Virus record (IMG/VR): IMGVR_UViG_3300042303_000391
From: an uncultured virus (IMG/VR IMGVR_UViG_3300042303_000391)
Taxonomy: Duplodnaviria > Heunggongvirae > Uroviricota > Caudoviricetes
Reading direction: 5' to 3' (one strand)
DNA: 64,000 nt
Both the position numbers and the translations under genes were made by a program. The number at the start of each line of letters is the position of its first letter. The first letter of the stretch is position 1. This document shows positions 1-11,039 of the stretch, one piece after another. The notes beneath the pieces are model-generated. The model had not been told where the DNA came from, did no database searches, and saw only the letters and a list, made by a program, of their open reading frames with translations.

Positions 1-1
1 C

Positions 2-1339
2 AGTATCGTCTCCCATATTTTCGTGAGAAGTAGTGGCTTCTACTGACTTAATTGTTCCATCAGGAAGAGCGACTTGTTCTGCCTGTCCTTCAAATGTTTC
101 TGTCTGTACAGGAATACCTTCTGTCATGCTATTTAACATTCCGCCTTCTTGGTATATTCTGCCTCCCATAGCTTTCTTCCATCCTGCAGCGTTCTTTGCA
201 AAATTAGCCATTTTTACTACGTCAGCAGTATATTTACTTCTATTAGCCATTACTTTATTGGCAGCTTCTTGAACAGTCATTCCTCGTTTAGCAGCCCATT
301 CAGTAAACTTACCTTCATTGGCAGGGTTAATATTAATTCCACCACCCATAGCATACATAAAATCATCTTCTTCATAACCCATCATAGGTCCTGCTATCAT
401 GCCGCCTCCAGGATACATTGTAGGATAATTGTAATCTGCTTGATAATCAATCATATCGCTTCCTACCATACCTCCCCCAGGATAATAAGTTGGATATTCT
501 ACATATCCTCCCATATTATAAGGGGTTTGACCTGCTAACATTAATTGTTCTACTTCAGGAAGGATTCCCCCATCTGCCCAAGTGCCAAATCTTTTATGCC
601 AATATAATGGAGAAAAGGGGTCCTTTGCTTTTGCTGAATCTTTTCCGCCCATTCTTGACCAAAAGTTATCTCTTCTTTTTTCGGACTTATGTTGTTTAAA
701 ATCTTGCATTCCTCTCCATCCGCCTTGAACTACTTTATATTTATCGTCTTTTTTAGCTAAGACTTTCCATTTATGTTTTCCGTCACCTTGTTTCTTTTGT
801 CCCACTTTGGTGAATCCCATATTCTTATATCTCTGAGGGATTCCTCCCCCATCTGCATACTCCTCTACTTCACCGCCCATAGACATGTTAGAGATTATAT
901 TTTCTTGGACAGCTTTTGGCAAAGCTTTAAATCCTGGGTTGTTTATTCCTCCACCATCTGGGTAATTATCAACCATTCCTCCATACATCATTTCTTCTGC
1001 TTGGATTTTTTTAGCTTGCTCTAACATTTGTTTTGTAGGTTTTTTACCAGAACCTTTATTAGCTCTTATATTGTCCCACAACCCTATTTTAGAGTAAGAG
1101 CCATCTTTTCTCTTAATCATGCCACCCATTGCCATTTGTGCTACCATTTCTTCTTCGGTACCCATCATTTGCTCTTGAGAATTTTCTGGAGCATTAGCCA
1201 TCATTTCTTGTTGTTGGTATTGAGCAATAATTTCTTTGGCCTCTGGATGAGCCTTGAAAAAGCTTTTTTGGTCAGGAAACTTCTTGTAAAAGGCCACTTC
1301 TGTTTTAACTCCTGCTATCTTTAAAAGTAATTCTTTCAT
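2..1339 (-). CDS. Virion cargo/internal protein (partial, runs off window edge): small basic modules separated by xxxGG motifs
   Basis: Not in the ORF track because it has no stop in the window. Manual translation from ATG 1339 (MKELLLKIAGVKTEVAFYKKFP...) stays open to the edge and contains MAMGG, MMYGG, YPDGG, MSMGG, YADGG, WADGG, YNMGG, YAMGG, KAMGG and YQEGG. Confidence 0.8.
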   Translation of the reverse strand, partial: MKELLLKIAGVKTEVAFYKKFPDQKSFFKAHPEAKEIIAQYQQQEMMANAPENSQEQMMGTEEEMVAQMAMGGMIKRKDGSYSKIGLWDNIRANKGSGKKPTKQMLEQAKKIQAEEMMYGGMVDNYPDGGGINNPGFKALPKAVQENIISNMSMGGEVEEYADGGGIPQRYKNMGFTKVGQKKQGDGKHKWKVLAKKDDKYKVVQGGWRGMQDFKQHKSEKRRDNFWSRMGGKDSAKAKDPFSPLYWHKRFGTWADGGILPEVEQLMLAGQTPYNMGGYVEYPTYYPGGGMVGSDMIDYQADYNYPTMYPGGGMIAGPMMGYEEDDFMYAMGGGININPANEGKFTEWAAKRGMTVQEAANKVMANRSKYTADVVKMANFAKNAAGWKKAMGGRIYQEGGMLNSMTEGIPVQTETFEGQAEQVALPDGTIKSVEATTSHENMGDDT

Positions 1340-1349
1340 ATTAATTTTT

Positions 1350-3746
1350 TTATAGTTCATCTAGCCATCCACCGCTAGATTTTTTTTGTGATGATATGTA
1401 ACCAAAATATTTTCTTTGTTTATCAGTTAAAGGGTTTCCATGAACTGATTTGTCATGTAAAATTTCTCTAGCTTTTTTTGGAGTCAGTCCTCCTTTTTTG
1501 AATTTAGGTATCTCGAAATCTTCTGGCATTGAAACCATTCCACCTTCTTGGTAATCATTTAAATAACCACCATCTTGTAATCTTATTCCTGTAAGATTAC
1601 TTATAAGATTTGAGTAACCTTTCCTACCAGTTTGGCCTCCTTTCAAATTACCCATCATTCCTTTTAAGCCACCCATGTTTTTTAACATTCCTACGCCTCC
1701 CGAAACATTTCCATATAAACTAGAAGCAGTATCCATCATATTTCCAAAATCTTGGGAAGACTTAACCATTCTATTACCTGAAACATATCCTGATTTATCA
1801 TAATTAGATAATGCATCTTTAGCTTGAAAAGTTCCAACTGCTTCTCCTATTCCTTCTCCCAAATCTCCAATACCACTAGCAATTGCAGCAGGATTTAATG
1901 TGGCTATTTTAGCTGCAGCCGAACCTACATTTCCTAATGCTTTACCCACAGTATAACCACCTCTTCTTGTTAAAAATGAATCTCCTACAATATTTTCTGT
2001 AATATCTCCTACAACAGGTAATTCACTTAATAATCCCAGACCTCCTGCAACTATATCTTTAGACCAATCCATAAAACCCCAATCTACTTTATCATCTTCA
2101 AATGATTGTCTATCTTTTCTTACCTTTGTATTTAAGAAATCATTTGCATTTGCAGCCTCTAATGCACCTAAAGAAGCTCTGTTAGTATTAGCGTTAAATG
2201 CTCTTAAAGGTACTCTATTTTGATTTTGGTTTGTTAAATAATTAAAATATCCCTGCAAAGACATATCCCCTCCATTCTGATATTTATTTATTCTACCCCC
2301 ATTCATGTTTACTAAATCATTAAGATTAACTCCCATATCAAAAGGAGTGGTATCATCAGTAAAATGTACTCTAGGAACAGGATTATAATTTTCATGGAAT
2401 ACATTACTTTTATGAATATATTCTGGAGACCCTACAGGTAGCATATCCATTTCACCCCCATTTTGGTATTTTCTTAAATAACCCCCATTTTTATTTTTAG
2501 GTGCTATAAATGTAGGGGTTTTAGTGATCCAATTAATATCAGTATTAGAAGGAATACCTTGAATAATAGGAGCATTTCCCATAATTCCCGCAGCCCCTCC
2601 TTGAGTATCTTGAGTAAAGTTATTTGCTACACTTTGCTCTATAGGAATATAATTTAATGCCCCTGCTGTAGGTTGAGAAAATTGACTCATTAATCCTGTT
2701 ACTTGATTAACTCCTTGATTTACAGCACCTAATATATCATTAATTCCTGAAAATACACTTGGCTGATTAATCTGCTCTTCTATATTTTCAATATTATCAG
2801 GCATAATAGATCTAAAATAACTATTATCTTGGTATAATTGAGGTCCTACTCCGAAGCCCTTGAATCCTTCTTGGTAATCAAGGTATCCTCCAGCAGGATA
2901 TTTTTTAACTTTCTTTCTCATATCGTTATTTATTTTTCCACCATCTTCAAATTTTCTTAAAAGGGGGCGAGGTCCCCAAGTTTTTAACTCTATATCACTA
3001 TAAACAGGTACAGGATCTTTAGAATTATATGCAGCATTTAAATAGTTTACATATTCTGGGTTTTGATTTAATACATTATCTCTTAAATCCATCACTTGCT
3101 TTCCATACAAAGGATTTTTTTTCATATTTATTCCTTCCTTTGGTACAGGAACCCCATAAATTTTTTTCATTTTAAATCCATGATAATCTTTTTCTGTGTC
3201 TGGAGTTATTAGTTTTAGACCATTGTATACTTGCAATCTCTTTGCTTCATCTTTTATACCTAACCTATCTGCTTCCTTCATTTTAGTTATATAAGCATTA
3301 GTTAATGCTTCTAAATCACTTCTTGACTCTACGTTATCGAACACATGACCAAGATTTTCATCTGTTTTTCCAAACTTAGTTTCTTGAAAAGCTATTGCTG
3401 CTAAATTTTTAGCATCCTCTATGGATAATTTATTTCTTTTAGCAGACTCTATTATTCCGTTTAAAACATCTAAATCATATTCTCCAGAAGTTAAATCAAC
3501 ATTTGGTCTTATTGGCTGCCCACTTGTAGCTAAAACTTTTCTTTTATCTTCAATTTTAAATGTTTTAGGACTGCTTTTTGCAGGAGCAGATTTAGGTGCT
3601 GGTTTATTAGTTTTTTCTGTAAAAAACTCTTTTATGTTATCAATAATGCCCCCATTAGCATATTGACTAATAGACAATTCCTCAGAGTAGTCATCTAACC
3701 ACCCTGAAGAATTAGTTTTATTAAGTTTATTTTTACCTTTAGCCAT
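1350..3746 (-). CDS. Virion cargo/ejection-type protein with xxxGG motifs and a possible lysozyme/transglycosylase-like module
   Basis: 798 aa; YANGG, FEDGG, YPAGG, YQNGG (x2), LQDGG, YQEGG, FKKGG; LAAIAFQETKFG resembles an SLT catalytic-Glu helix; Gly/Ala-rich helical segment; lies downstream of tail genes as in crAss-like phages. Confidence 0.65.
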   Translation of the reverse strand: MAKGKNKLNKTNSSGWLDDYSEELSISQYANGGIIDNIKEFFTEKTNKPAPKSAPAKSSPKTFKIEDKRKVLATSGQPIRPNVDLTSGEYDLDVLNGIIESAKRNKLSIEDAKNLAAIAFQETKFGKTDENLGHVFDNVESRSDLEALTNAYITKMKEADRLGIKDEAKRLQVYNGLKLITPDTEKDYHGFKMKKIYGVPVPKEGINMKKNPLYGKQVMDLRDNVLNQNPEYVNYLNAAYNSKDPVPVYSDIELKTWGPRPLLRKFEDGGKINNDMRKKVKKYPAGGYLDYQEGFKGFGVGPQLYQDNSYFRSIMPDNIENIEEQINQPSVFSGINDILGAVNQGVNQVTGLMSQFSQPTAGALNYIPIEQSVANNFTQDTQGGAAGIMGNAPIIQGIPSNTDINWITKTPTFIAPKNKNGGYLRKYQNGGEMDMLPVGSPEYIHKSNVFHENYNPVPRVHFTDDTTPFDMGVNLNDLVNMNGGRINKYQNGGDMSLQGYFNYLTNQNQNRVPLRAFNANTNRASLGALEAANANDFLNTKVRKDRQSFEDDKVDWGFMDWSKDIVAGGLGLLSELPVVGDITENIVGDSFLTRRGGYTVGKALGNVGSAAAKIATLNPAAIASGIGDLGEGIGEAVGTFQAKDALSNYDKSGYVSGNRMVKSSQDFGNMMDTASSLYGNVSGGVGMLKNMGGLKGMMGNLKGGQTGRKGYSNLISNLTGIRLQDGGYLNDYQEGGMVSMPEDFEIPKFKKGGLTPKKAREILHDKSVHGNPLTDKQRKYFGYISSQKKSSGGWLDEL

Positions 3747-6700
3747 TAACGCATGGATATATTGTAATTAAGAACTGTAAATTTAAGTATAAATTTTAAA
3801 TTTTCTAAATCTTTGTTATCTATACTGATTCGATAGTTAAAGAAATTATTCTCAAGCCTATCTACTTGGGTCCAATCCTTAGAAAAACTTACATTGGCAT
3901 TAGGAACTGGAAAAATATCCCCATTCACAAAATTAATAGTGTCATCTAACACATAGTTAGCCAAGTTGTTACAATATACAACCCCATTTATTATATTGTG
4001 AAATTGATTATTTAATACAACATTCTCCATGTAATCAGCGTTAATAGGAGTTTTTAAGAAAACTTCCCCACTATGTTGTCTGCTAGTCCAAACCTGTAAA
4101 CTTGTAGGTACTTCATTGGTAATCAATAGCTGACCGTTAACATTTTTATATGCATCTATTTTCATACCAACATTATTAAGTGTTGTGTATACTAATGGAT
4201 GATAGGTAAATACTCCGTCAATTAAAGAAGGGTAGTTAACTCCATAGAATTTTCTATAAGAATTAAAGTTATCTTCATGTATATAAAGGTCATAATTATC
4301 AGCTTGAGTAAAGAAAGTATCTCTATTCTGAATATAGGCCATTGGAAGGTAAGAATGGAAAGAATAGAAGGACTTATCTTCTGGATAATAACTAATAGTG
4401 AAATCATTTGACTTGTCCGTTAGAAGAAGCCTTTTATGTCTATAGTCATACCCAAAATAAATCTCCACTGTGGATAAATCTGGGTTTGATTGAGATATAA
4501 TAGGTAAGTTAGTGTTTGTAGAAGCCCCATAAGAATTAAAGTATGTATTCCATTGGTTCTTAAAGAAGCTATTCATACCGTAAGTAGAAATAGCGTCTAA
4601 TTTACCCCCAGACATTAGATTTAATGTCTGATTTTTCAAGTCTACAAAGAAGTACCCAGTATTATTTTGGAATTTAAATCTTTTATCTTGTAATCCCATA
4701 TAACCTTCACTAGACGCAAACAACTCTAATTGCTGTGCACTTAGAAAATCATTTGTACCTAAATACACTAGATTATTATCTGCCTGTAATTTTGACTCAA
4801 GAGTCAATAGTCTCCAAATATTATCCGTAGTATGTGCATATAAAATTTGACTTTCTTTGAATAAGTTTGTTATCTTTCCTTCTTTATGGGGAAGAGTAAC
4901 AAAACTATTTTTTAGGAACTTACTATAATTTAATCTTCCAACTGATTGATTATCTGCAGTTGATATAGCAATTCTGTTGTCATATTCCGTATCACAATCA
5001 CAAGTTTTATAATTTTTATTTATAGGTTTAAAGAAATTGAATCTCATCCCATTCAACTCATTATAGTCATTGTTTAAGTTTATTATATTATCATGGAAAT
5101 TTCTATAAGCATCGTTATATTCTACAAATTCAGCAGCAGAAGTTGTACAATTATCTTGGTCGGTAGCACAAAATAGTTCATAAAAATAACTATTTAAAAA
5201 GCAATCTTCCGCAAAATCATTTTTTCTCCTAGAAAATAATTGATATTTTCCATTAGCTAATTTAGGGTAATATACTTCGTTAAAGTTAGGTCCTTCATAC
5301 CTTAAATCTAAATTTACATCAGACTCTGTAACTGTATTGATTAATGTTACATTGGCTTTTTGTGCTAAAAAAAGAGCTAATAAATAAGAATCAGGAGTTC
5401 TACCTATAATAGAGTTTATAGTATATTTCGGATCGCCCTTGTCTGCCCATGTTTGACTATTATCATCTATTATTGAATCCTCTAACATTCCTGTCACACC
5501 TGTTCTTAGAAAAGAAAAAGTATTAATATAACTATCTCCATAAAAGCCTGTTAAACTATTTTGACCTACACACCCCTTTAATCCTGTATCAATAAAAAAC
5601 ATATCATCAATGCTTCCATATTGTCTAGGTAAGTTATTTTTTATCGACCCATAGTAAATATAACCATTATTACAATCATTCAAAATATTTTTAGCAGTCT
5701 TATTATCTAAATAATTTTCAAAGAAATATGTTTCATCATTTCCTGGAGGAATTTGTGCTTTAAAGGAAACATTTGAAGCTGATCCCACACTTTGAAAAGA
5801 ATCAAAAACTGTTAGCCATCTTATTTGAGTGCTACTAACCACCATAAATACCATACCATTGGTAAAAGGAGCTCCAGGATTATTTGTTATAGTTAAGAGT
5901 GTTCCAACAGGAAATAAAGGGTTGGAATAATTTACAAGATTTCCTGCTGGAGGGGAAGCAACTGTAAAAGTTTGATTTATCCAAGTATCTGTTTCAAATT
6001 TAAAATTTAAACCATTTATAGGAAGAGGGGAGGGTACTGGAGTATAAAAATTTTGTGTTTTTTCTAATTGATTTAAACTAGTATTTAATTTATATTTATC
6101 TCCTACAAGAAAAGGAAAAGGGGGTGGGAGTATAGGTCCGACATCTGTTAAAGTAAATATTGTTCCGTTTGGATAATTAGTTATTGATGCAGGTAAATTT
6201 GTTAATATATCAGAAGTAAATGAAGCAGCAGATAAGGATAACCCAGTTGTACTAATTTCTGCTTCAATTATATTATCAAATAAAGTAGTGCAATTACATT
6301 TTTTAGAACTTGTATCTGAATTAAAAAAGTTTCTATTTGTACTAACAATATAATCAATTGTATTACAACTTTTTCCTACATCACTAACATTAAAAGGAGC
6401 CCCTATAACTTGTAATGTAGTGGCATTAACAACACTAAACTGTCTTCCAATAGGACCAAATATAAAGTTAGTACCGCAACTTCCTAAATTTGTAATAGTT
6501 ACTATTTCTCCAGGAGCAATAGAATTATTAGAAGGAATAGTTACTGTAGTGGTACTTGCTACTGTAAAATTAATATCATAAAAATCTTTATAATTTTTGT
6601 TAAAAGATAAATCTGTAGGCTTATTAAAATCTAAATAAAATCCCCCTTCTCTATAGAAATTAACTAAAGAATATTCAGAGTTTAATATTTTATTTAAGAT

Positions 6701-9034
6701 TACATTATCATTTACATAAGAATAATTATCTGTACAAATATTTTTAAATTGATAAATATCTTCTGTTCTATTAAAGAAACCCCTACTTCTATCTAGAGTT
6801 CCATTAGATTGCTGGTCATACCCATAATTATATAAGTTATAAATTTGTATTGCAGTAGATCTAAATCTGCCATCTTTATCTAAAAATGTAGAAGGGTCAT
6901 AAGTATCATCTCCAATGTCTTTACAAACTCTAAGAGAATTTTGATCTCTAATAGAATCTATATAATAACCCAAAGTAGTATATTGTTGTTCTATTTTAAC
7001 ATGATTAACATTAACTCCTTGTTGTGAGGACATAGTATTCCCCCCATAAAACATTATTCCACTATCATAGTGTTTTCCATAGCCGCAGTTTCTAACAAAA
7101 TCTTGTATAGGGCTAGAGGTTTCAATAGTCTTATCTCTTATATTAGAAAAATAATCCCATTTTGCACCTGAATTAACATTATGTTTAGGGTAAATATAAT
7201 CTGTATTATTAAAGTTATTTTTAAACATTTCTACAAACCATCCCTTATCTTGTATTGATTTGTTAAAGGCATCTCTTCTTACATATACAATTCTATACCC
7301 TGTAACTTTGACACCATCTGTCTCTTCTAATGTAGGAAACTGTATGTTTTCTAATTTTAATCCTAATGGATATATCTCTAAATCATCAAATTTATTATCA
7401 AATCTATTTTTATTTTGTTCAAAAGCATAATTATCTACTATATTGTTGTGGAAGGGTTCAATAGTAGAATCTGGCATTTTAAACAAAGTAATGTTTTTAG
7501 GCGTTACTATTTTAGTAATGGGATCAATATTAACGGGATACATGTAACCCTTCTCTTCTTCAGGATCACCTCCACATCTAAGTATTATAGGATATGTTTC
7601 TTCTGATTCAAAATAACCTAAATAACCTTCAGATCTTATATTATTAGAATCATTATTAAAGGTTCCAGAACAAAAGTCAGTTGTACTAAGGTCTCCCGCA
7701 AAATGATTATACATAGTTCTCTTAGCAGTATTAACTTCTTTCCAATACACTCTATCATCTGTACAACATAATTTTGTATCATCTGTGATAGGTCTATCTC
7801 CCTCAGGTCCTGTAAATTCAGGAAAAGGAGTATATTGTTTATTAATTAAAGGAAATACAGGAGATTCTGACATATCCTCAAATTCTAAAACAATTCCAAT
7901 CATATAGTTTTCATCTCTCATCCAAGACTTATGATGAATAATATGTTCAGGATTTTTATATCCCTTTGTTCTGCTTAAATTTATTCTTCCTGTTACATAT
8001 TTAACAGTAATGTCATTTGCATAGGGCTGGTAATCAATATTTTTAATCCCTCTTACTCCAGCAATTAATAGTTTATTATTATAAATTAATCCATGCTTTG
8101 CCGACACATAAAAAGCTCTTTTATTTAAAACTTCCGCTAAATCTATTCCTTGATTAAAGGTAGTATCACCCTCATAAGTAACTGTCAAATTTGACGCTAC
8201 AGGTTGTTGGGATTTAAAAATAAAAGAAGTAGAGACTCCCCCAACTGTTTTAATAAATCCAACATTAATAAAAGCATATTTAGTGTCTACATTTTCAAAT
8301 GTTAATACAATACTTTTATTTAAAATCTTAGATTCATTACCATCAAGGTATTCATAAGTGCCATTTATACTGTCTTCTATTAAAGGAATATTTTCATTTA
8401 TAATATAAAAGTTAGTAGTATTACCATCAATATCTTCATATTGAATAAAAGGTCTATAAACGCCCGCATCCACATTATAAGCAGCATTCTCAATAAATCC
8501 TACATCCCTTAAATTAATGCAAGTATCAGCAGTTTTAAACAATTCTAAATCTTCAACATTACCTGAACCCGCACCTTCTTTTAGATACTTAGTTACATTA
8601 ATATTTCTCACTCTATTTTTACCATCCCAAAAAATTAACACAATGTCTTCACATTCTGTTTTTGTAAAAGCAACTGACTCTAAGTAAATAGAAAAATCTA
8701 ATTCAGGGTCTGAATATAAAGTAGTGTAGGTATTTAAATTAGGGTCATATAAGCCTATTTGATTTGTGTGCAAGAATACTACAACTTGATTTAATTGCTT
8801 AATCAAATTAGAATGTAAAACTTTCCCAGGCAACTTGATTCTAAATGCATTAGAATATTCTGTGGTGAGAAAATTCTCATCTCCTTCAGAGGATTCTTTC
8901 ACCATATTCAAAGCAGCTCTGTAGGTATCTGCTGGCTGTGCTTCTGGAGAAGCGTCATCATTCATACCTTTAGTGAAGGTATAATTCTTTATATCTTGAA
9001 GACTTCTTGTTTTATTGTTATTTTGCTCTGCCAT
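3746..9034 (-). CDS. Tail stabilization/muzzle protein (P22 gp10-like, crAss-type)
   Basis: 1762 aa; N-terminal FTKGMNDD..P...YR.ALN and C-terminal TISY......SFHSY.P motifs typical of this family; adjacent to tail tubular gene. Confidence 0.8.
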   Translation of the reverse strand: MAEQNNNKTRSLQDIKNYTFTKGMNDDASPEAQPADTYRAALNMVKESSEGDENFLTTEYSNAFRIKLPGKVLHSNLIKQLNQVVVFLHTNQIGLYDPNLNTYTTLYSDPELDFSIYLESVAFTKTECEDIVLIFWDGKNRVRNINVTKYLKEGAGSGNVEDLELFKTADTCINLRDVGFIENAAYNVDAGVYRPFIQYEDIDGNTTNFYIINENIPLIEDSINGTYEYLDGNESKILNKSIVLTFENVDTKYAFINVGFIKTVGGVSTSFIFKSQQPVASNLTVTYEGDTTFNQGIDLAEVLNKRAFYVSAKHGLIYNNKLLIAGVRGIKNIDYQPYANDITVKYVTGRINLSRTKGYKNPEHIIHHKSWMRDENYMIGIVLEFEDMSESPVFPLINKQYTPFPEFTGPEGDRPITDDTKLCCTDDRVYWKEVNTAKRTMYNHFAGDLSTTDFCSGTFNNDSNNIRSEGYLGYFESEETYPIILRCGGDPEEEKGYMYPVNIDPITKIVTPKNITLFKMPDSTIEPFHNNIVDNYAFEQNKNRFDNKFDDLEIYPLGLKLENIQFPTLEETDGVKVTGYRIVYVRRDAFNKSIQDKGWFVEMFKNNFNNTDYIYPKHNVNSGAKWDYFSNIRDKTIETSSPIQDFVRNCGYGKHYDSGIMFYGGNTMSSQQGVNVNHVKIEQQYTTLGYYIDSIRDQNSLRVCKDIGDDTYDPSTFLDKDGRFRSTAIQIYNLYNYGYDQQSNGTLDRSRGFFNRTEDIYQFKNICTDNYSYVNDNVILNKILNSEYSLVNFYREGGFYLDFNKPTDLSFNKNYKDFYDINFTVASTTTVTIPSNNSIAPGEIVTITNLGSCGTNFIFGPIGRQFSVVNATTLQVIGAPFNVSDVGKSCNTIDYIVSTNRNFFNSDTSSKKCNCTTLFDNIIEAEISTTGLSLSAASFTSDILTNLPASITNYPNGTIFTLTDVGPILPPPFPFLVGDKYKLNTSLNQLEKTQNFYTPVPSPLPINGLNFKFETDTWINQTFTVASPPAGNLVNYSNPLFPVGTLLTITNNPGAPFTNGMVFMVVSSTQIRWLTVFDSFQSVGSASNVSFKAQIPPGNDETYFFENYLDNKTAKNILNDCNNGYIYYGSIKNNLPRQYGSIDDMFFIDTGLKGCVGQNSLTGFYGDSYINTFSFLRTGVTGMLEDSIIDDNSQTWADKGDPKYTINSIIGRTPDSYLLALFLAQKANVTLINTVTESDVNLDLRYEGPNFNEVYYPKLANGKYQLFSRRKNDFAEDCFLNSYFYELFCATDQDNCTTSAAEFVEYNDAYRNFHDNIINLNNDYNELNGMRFNFFKPINKNYKTCDCDTEYDNRIAISTADNQSVGRLNYSKFLKNSFVTLPHKEGKITNLFKESQILYAHTTDNIWRLLTLESKLQADNNLVYLGTNDFLSAQQLELFASSEGYMGLQDKRFKFQNNTGYFFVDLKNQTLNLMSGGKLDAISTYGMNSFFKNQWNTYFNSYGASTNTNLPIISQSNPDLSTVEIYFGYDYRHKRLLLTDKSNDFTISYYPEDKSFYSFHSYLPMAYIQNRDTFFTQADNYDLYIHEDNFNSYRKFYGVNYPSLIDGVFTYHPLVYTTLNNVGMKIDAYKNVNGQLLITNEVPTSLQVWTSRQHSGEVFLKTPINADYMENVVLNNQFHNIINGVVYCNNLANYVLDDTINFVNGDIFPVPNANVSFSKDWTQVDRLENNFFNYRISIDNKDLENLKFILKFTVLNYNISMR

Positions 9035-9045
9035 ACATTAACTTA

Positions 9046-9996
9046 TTAATATCTTGTAAACCCGTTATTTATTTTTTGTGATTTTCTCTGGTCTAAACCA
9101 TGATATTCGTTAGGAACCAAAAACTGATTTGTGGCTTCTCCCATAGCCCACATTTCTTCAAATGTCTGAGCATTCATGTCTTCTCTCGCTTTAACTTTCC
9201 ATTTTGAATATTCTCTATCAGATAGTTGGAAAAAGTTTAAATCAGCATTGCTTCTGCTCTTTCTATATTGTATATAAGCAAACTTTCTTTCTAACGCAGC
9301 AATTAAAGCATTTGTATAACTTCCCATATTTGGAACTAATGGAAGACCATCTTCCCCAATTGGTATTCCCAAATATCCAATTAATAAATCAGCCTCTTTA
9401 AAGTCTGTTATAATGTACCCATTATCTATATTAAAAAAGTGTGAAGGATGTAACTGAATGCCTAATTCTCTATAATTTAAAAGGGACACCTCATTTTTTT
9501 GAGGTTGCAATACCACCCATTTTCTTGGGTTTGTAGCGTACCATTGTGTAAAATCTTGTACTGTTGCAAACTTGAAACCCCTTGCTTTTTCTAGATTATT
9601 GATAAATAAATATCCTGCGGTTTCTATATAGTTTTGCTCACAATGACAAGATGTATTTTCAGGGCATTTACAAACTCTTTTATACTCCCATGTACAGTTT
9701 TCATTACCAGGTTCCTGTCTAATGTACTCTGTCAAGAAAAAAGCTTCTTCTTGAGGTCGTATAGGCTGTGCCAATACATATAAAGACTGTCTAAACCCAC
9801 AAGGAAGCTGTGCTCTGTAATTTCTTACTTTAAGCCTCTGTACTCTTTCTTTATATTGCTTATAAGTTCCAATGTCGTTATAAGCATCTAAAATCCACTC
9901 AGTGAGTAGATCTTCGTTAAAGTTTAATTCTGATACCGCAATTTGTTTCCAGTTTTCAATTACAGTGCTTATAGGTACTAATTCTATATTAATCAT
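9046..9996 (-). CDS. Tail tubular/ring protein (crAss-type)
   Basis: 316 aa; YRAQLPC and GYLGIPIGEDGLPLVP motifs; position next to muzzle gene. Confidence 0.7.
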   Translation of the reverse strand: MINIELVPISTVIENWKQIAVSELNFNEDLLTEWILDAYNDIGTYKQYKERVQRLKVRNYRAQLPCGFRQSLYVLAQPIRPQEEAFFLTEYIRQEPGNENCTWEYKRVCKCPENTSCHCEQNYIETAGYLFINNLEKARGFKFATVQDFTQWYATNPRKWVVLQPQKNEVSLLNYRELGIQLHPSHFFNIDNGYIITDFKEADLLIGYLGIPIGEDGLPLVPNMGSYTNALIAALERKFAYIQYRKSRSNADLNFFQLSDREYSKWKVKAREDMNAQTFEEMWAMGEATNQFLVPNEYHGLDQRKSQKINNGFTRY

Positions 9997-10372
9997 CGTT
10001 TATTATTTTTTTAGCTAATTCTCTATTTAAAAATCTATATGGTTTAAAAATATAATACTTTGTTCTTATACTTTTTCCCCAAGATATTCTATATCTAACT
10101 CTATTTGAATGAAAATTTGTATAGTAAACAGTTTTACCTAATTTTTTTGTCATTCCAAAATCTACTATTTTCTTATCAGATTTATAAGCAGTTAAATAAA
10201 ATGCACCTAATCCAGGAAGATTCACTCTATTTTTATATATAAGTCTTTGACCAGCAACTTTAAATATTTCTTCTACAACTCTTTTATAGAGTTGTTTATC
10301 CTCAAATTTGCTATCCTTTGCCGCTTTAGTTAAAGAATAAAAAGATTTTGGTTTATTACTTACCCTTCGCAT
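9989..10372 (-). CDS. IHF/HU-like DNA-binding protein
   Basis: Basic 127 aa; VNLPGLGAFYL and FKPYRFLNRELAK; usual crAss-like position between ring genes. Confidence 0.7.
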   Translation of the reverse strand: MRRVSNKPKSFYSLTKAAKDSKFEDKQLYKRVVEEIFKVAGQRLIYKNRVNLPGLGAFYLTAYKSDKKIVDFGMTKKLGKTVYYTNFHSNRVRYRISWGKSIRTKYYIFKPYRFLNRELAKKIINDD

Positions 10373-11027
10373 TATTTAAAGTATCGTCAGTTGTACTATC
10401 ATTTGTAACATCTTTCTTAAAGAAAGGATATACTTTCATTATCATTTCATTCATAATAGAATACATAGTTGTAACCAATCTGCTATCTAAAGGAAACTCT
10501 GTATCTAATAAATCACACACTGGTCCACATGTAGCTTTAATTACTTCGTCATCATAAAATAAGCCTTCAATTTTTACCCATTGAGGGCTATCTAAATCTG
10601 GTACAAATAAGTAGCTGTTTTTAATCAAATATTTAAAATCACTTTCTTCTATAAAAGAATATCTTTTAAATGAATTGGAAGACTCTGATAGTATTCTATT
10701 GTAAGTGTCTCCCCTATCATTATACACTTTGTTAATCATGTTATTGATAGTTTCAGGTATAGGGTTTTTTGATTTCAACCATTTGCATCCTGAAGGAAGC
10801 TTTTCACAACATTCGTTAGTATCTGCTAATTGTAGCTCCACACATTCTAAAGTTTGTAGAGCTAAATTATAATTAAACCTAGGGTCATTTAATCTATCAT
10901 ATAATAACTTAGCTCTAGCTAACTTCATTAAGTGATAGATATATTTTGTAGGAAAATCTGTGTCATCTGAAGGAAGACCATGGTCTATAGGTACCCTATA
11001 TCCACTTATAATTTCTCTTATTGTCAT
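10356..11027 (-). CDS. Structural ring protein (crAss-type)
   Basis: 223 aa; QTLECVEL...C motif, YLFV, EFPLD; gene order. Confidence 0.6.
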   Translation of the reverse strand: MTIREIISGYRVPIDHGLPSDDTDFPTKYIYHLMKLARAKLLYDRLNDPRFNYNLALQTLECVELQLADTNECCEKLPSGCKWLKSKNPIPETINNMINKVYNDRGDTYNRILSESSNSFKRYSFIEESDFKYLIKNSYLFVPDLDSPQWVKIEGLFYDDEVIKATCGPVCDLLDTEFPLDSRLVTTMYSIMNEMIMKVYPFFKKDVTNDSTTDDTLNNAKGK

Positions 11028-11039
11028 AATGTTTTATTT

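Noticed and set aside
570..660. Apparent frameshift in the edge ORF near KDPF
   Set aside because: Re-reading gives GAC CCC TTT TCT CCA TTA TAT TGG, so the frame is continuous.
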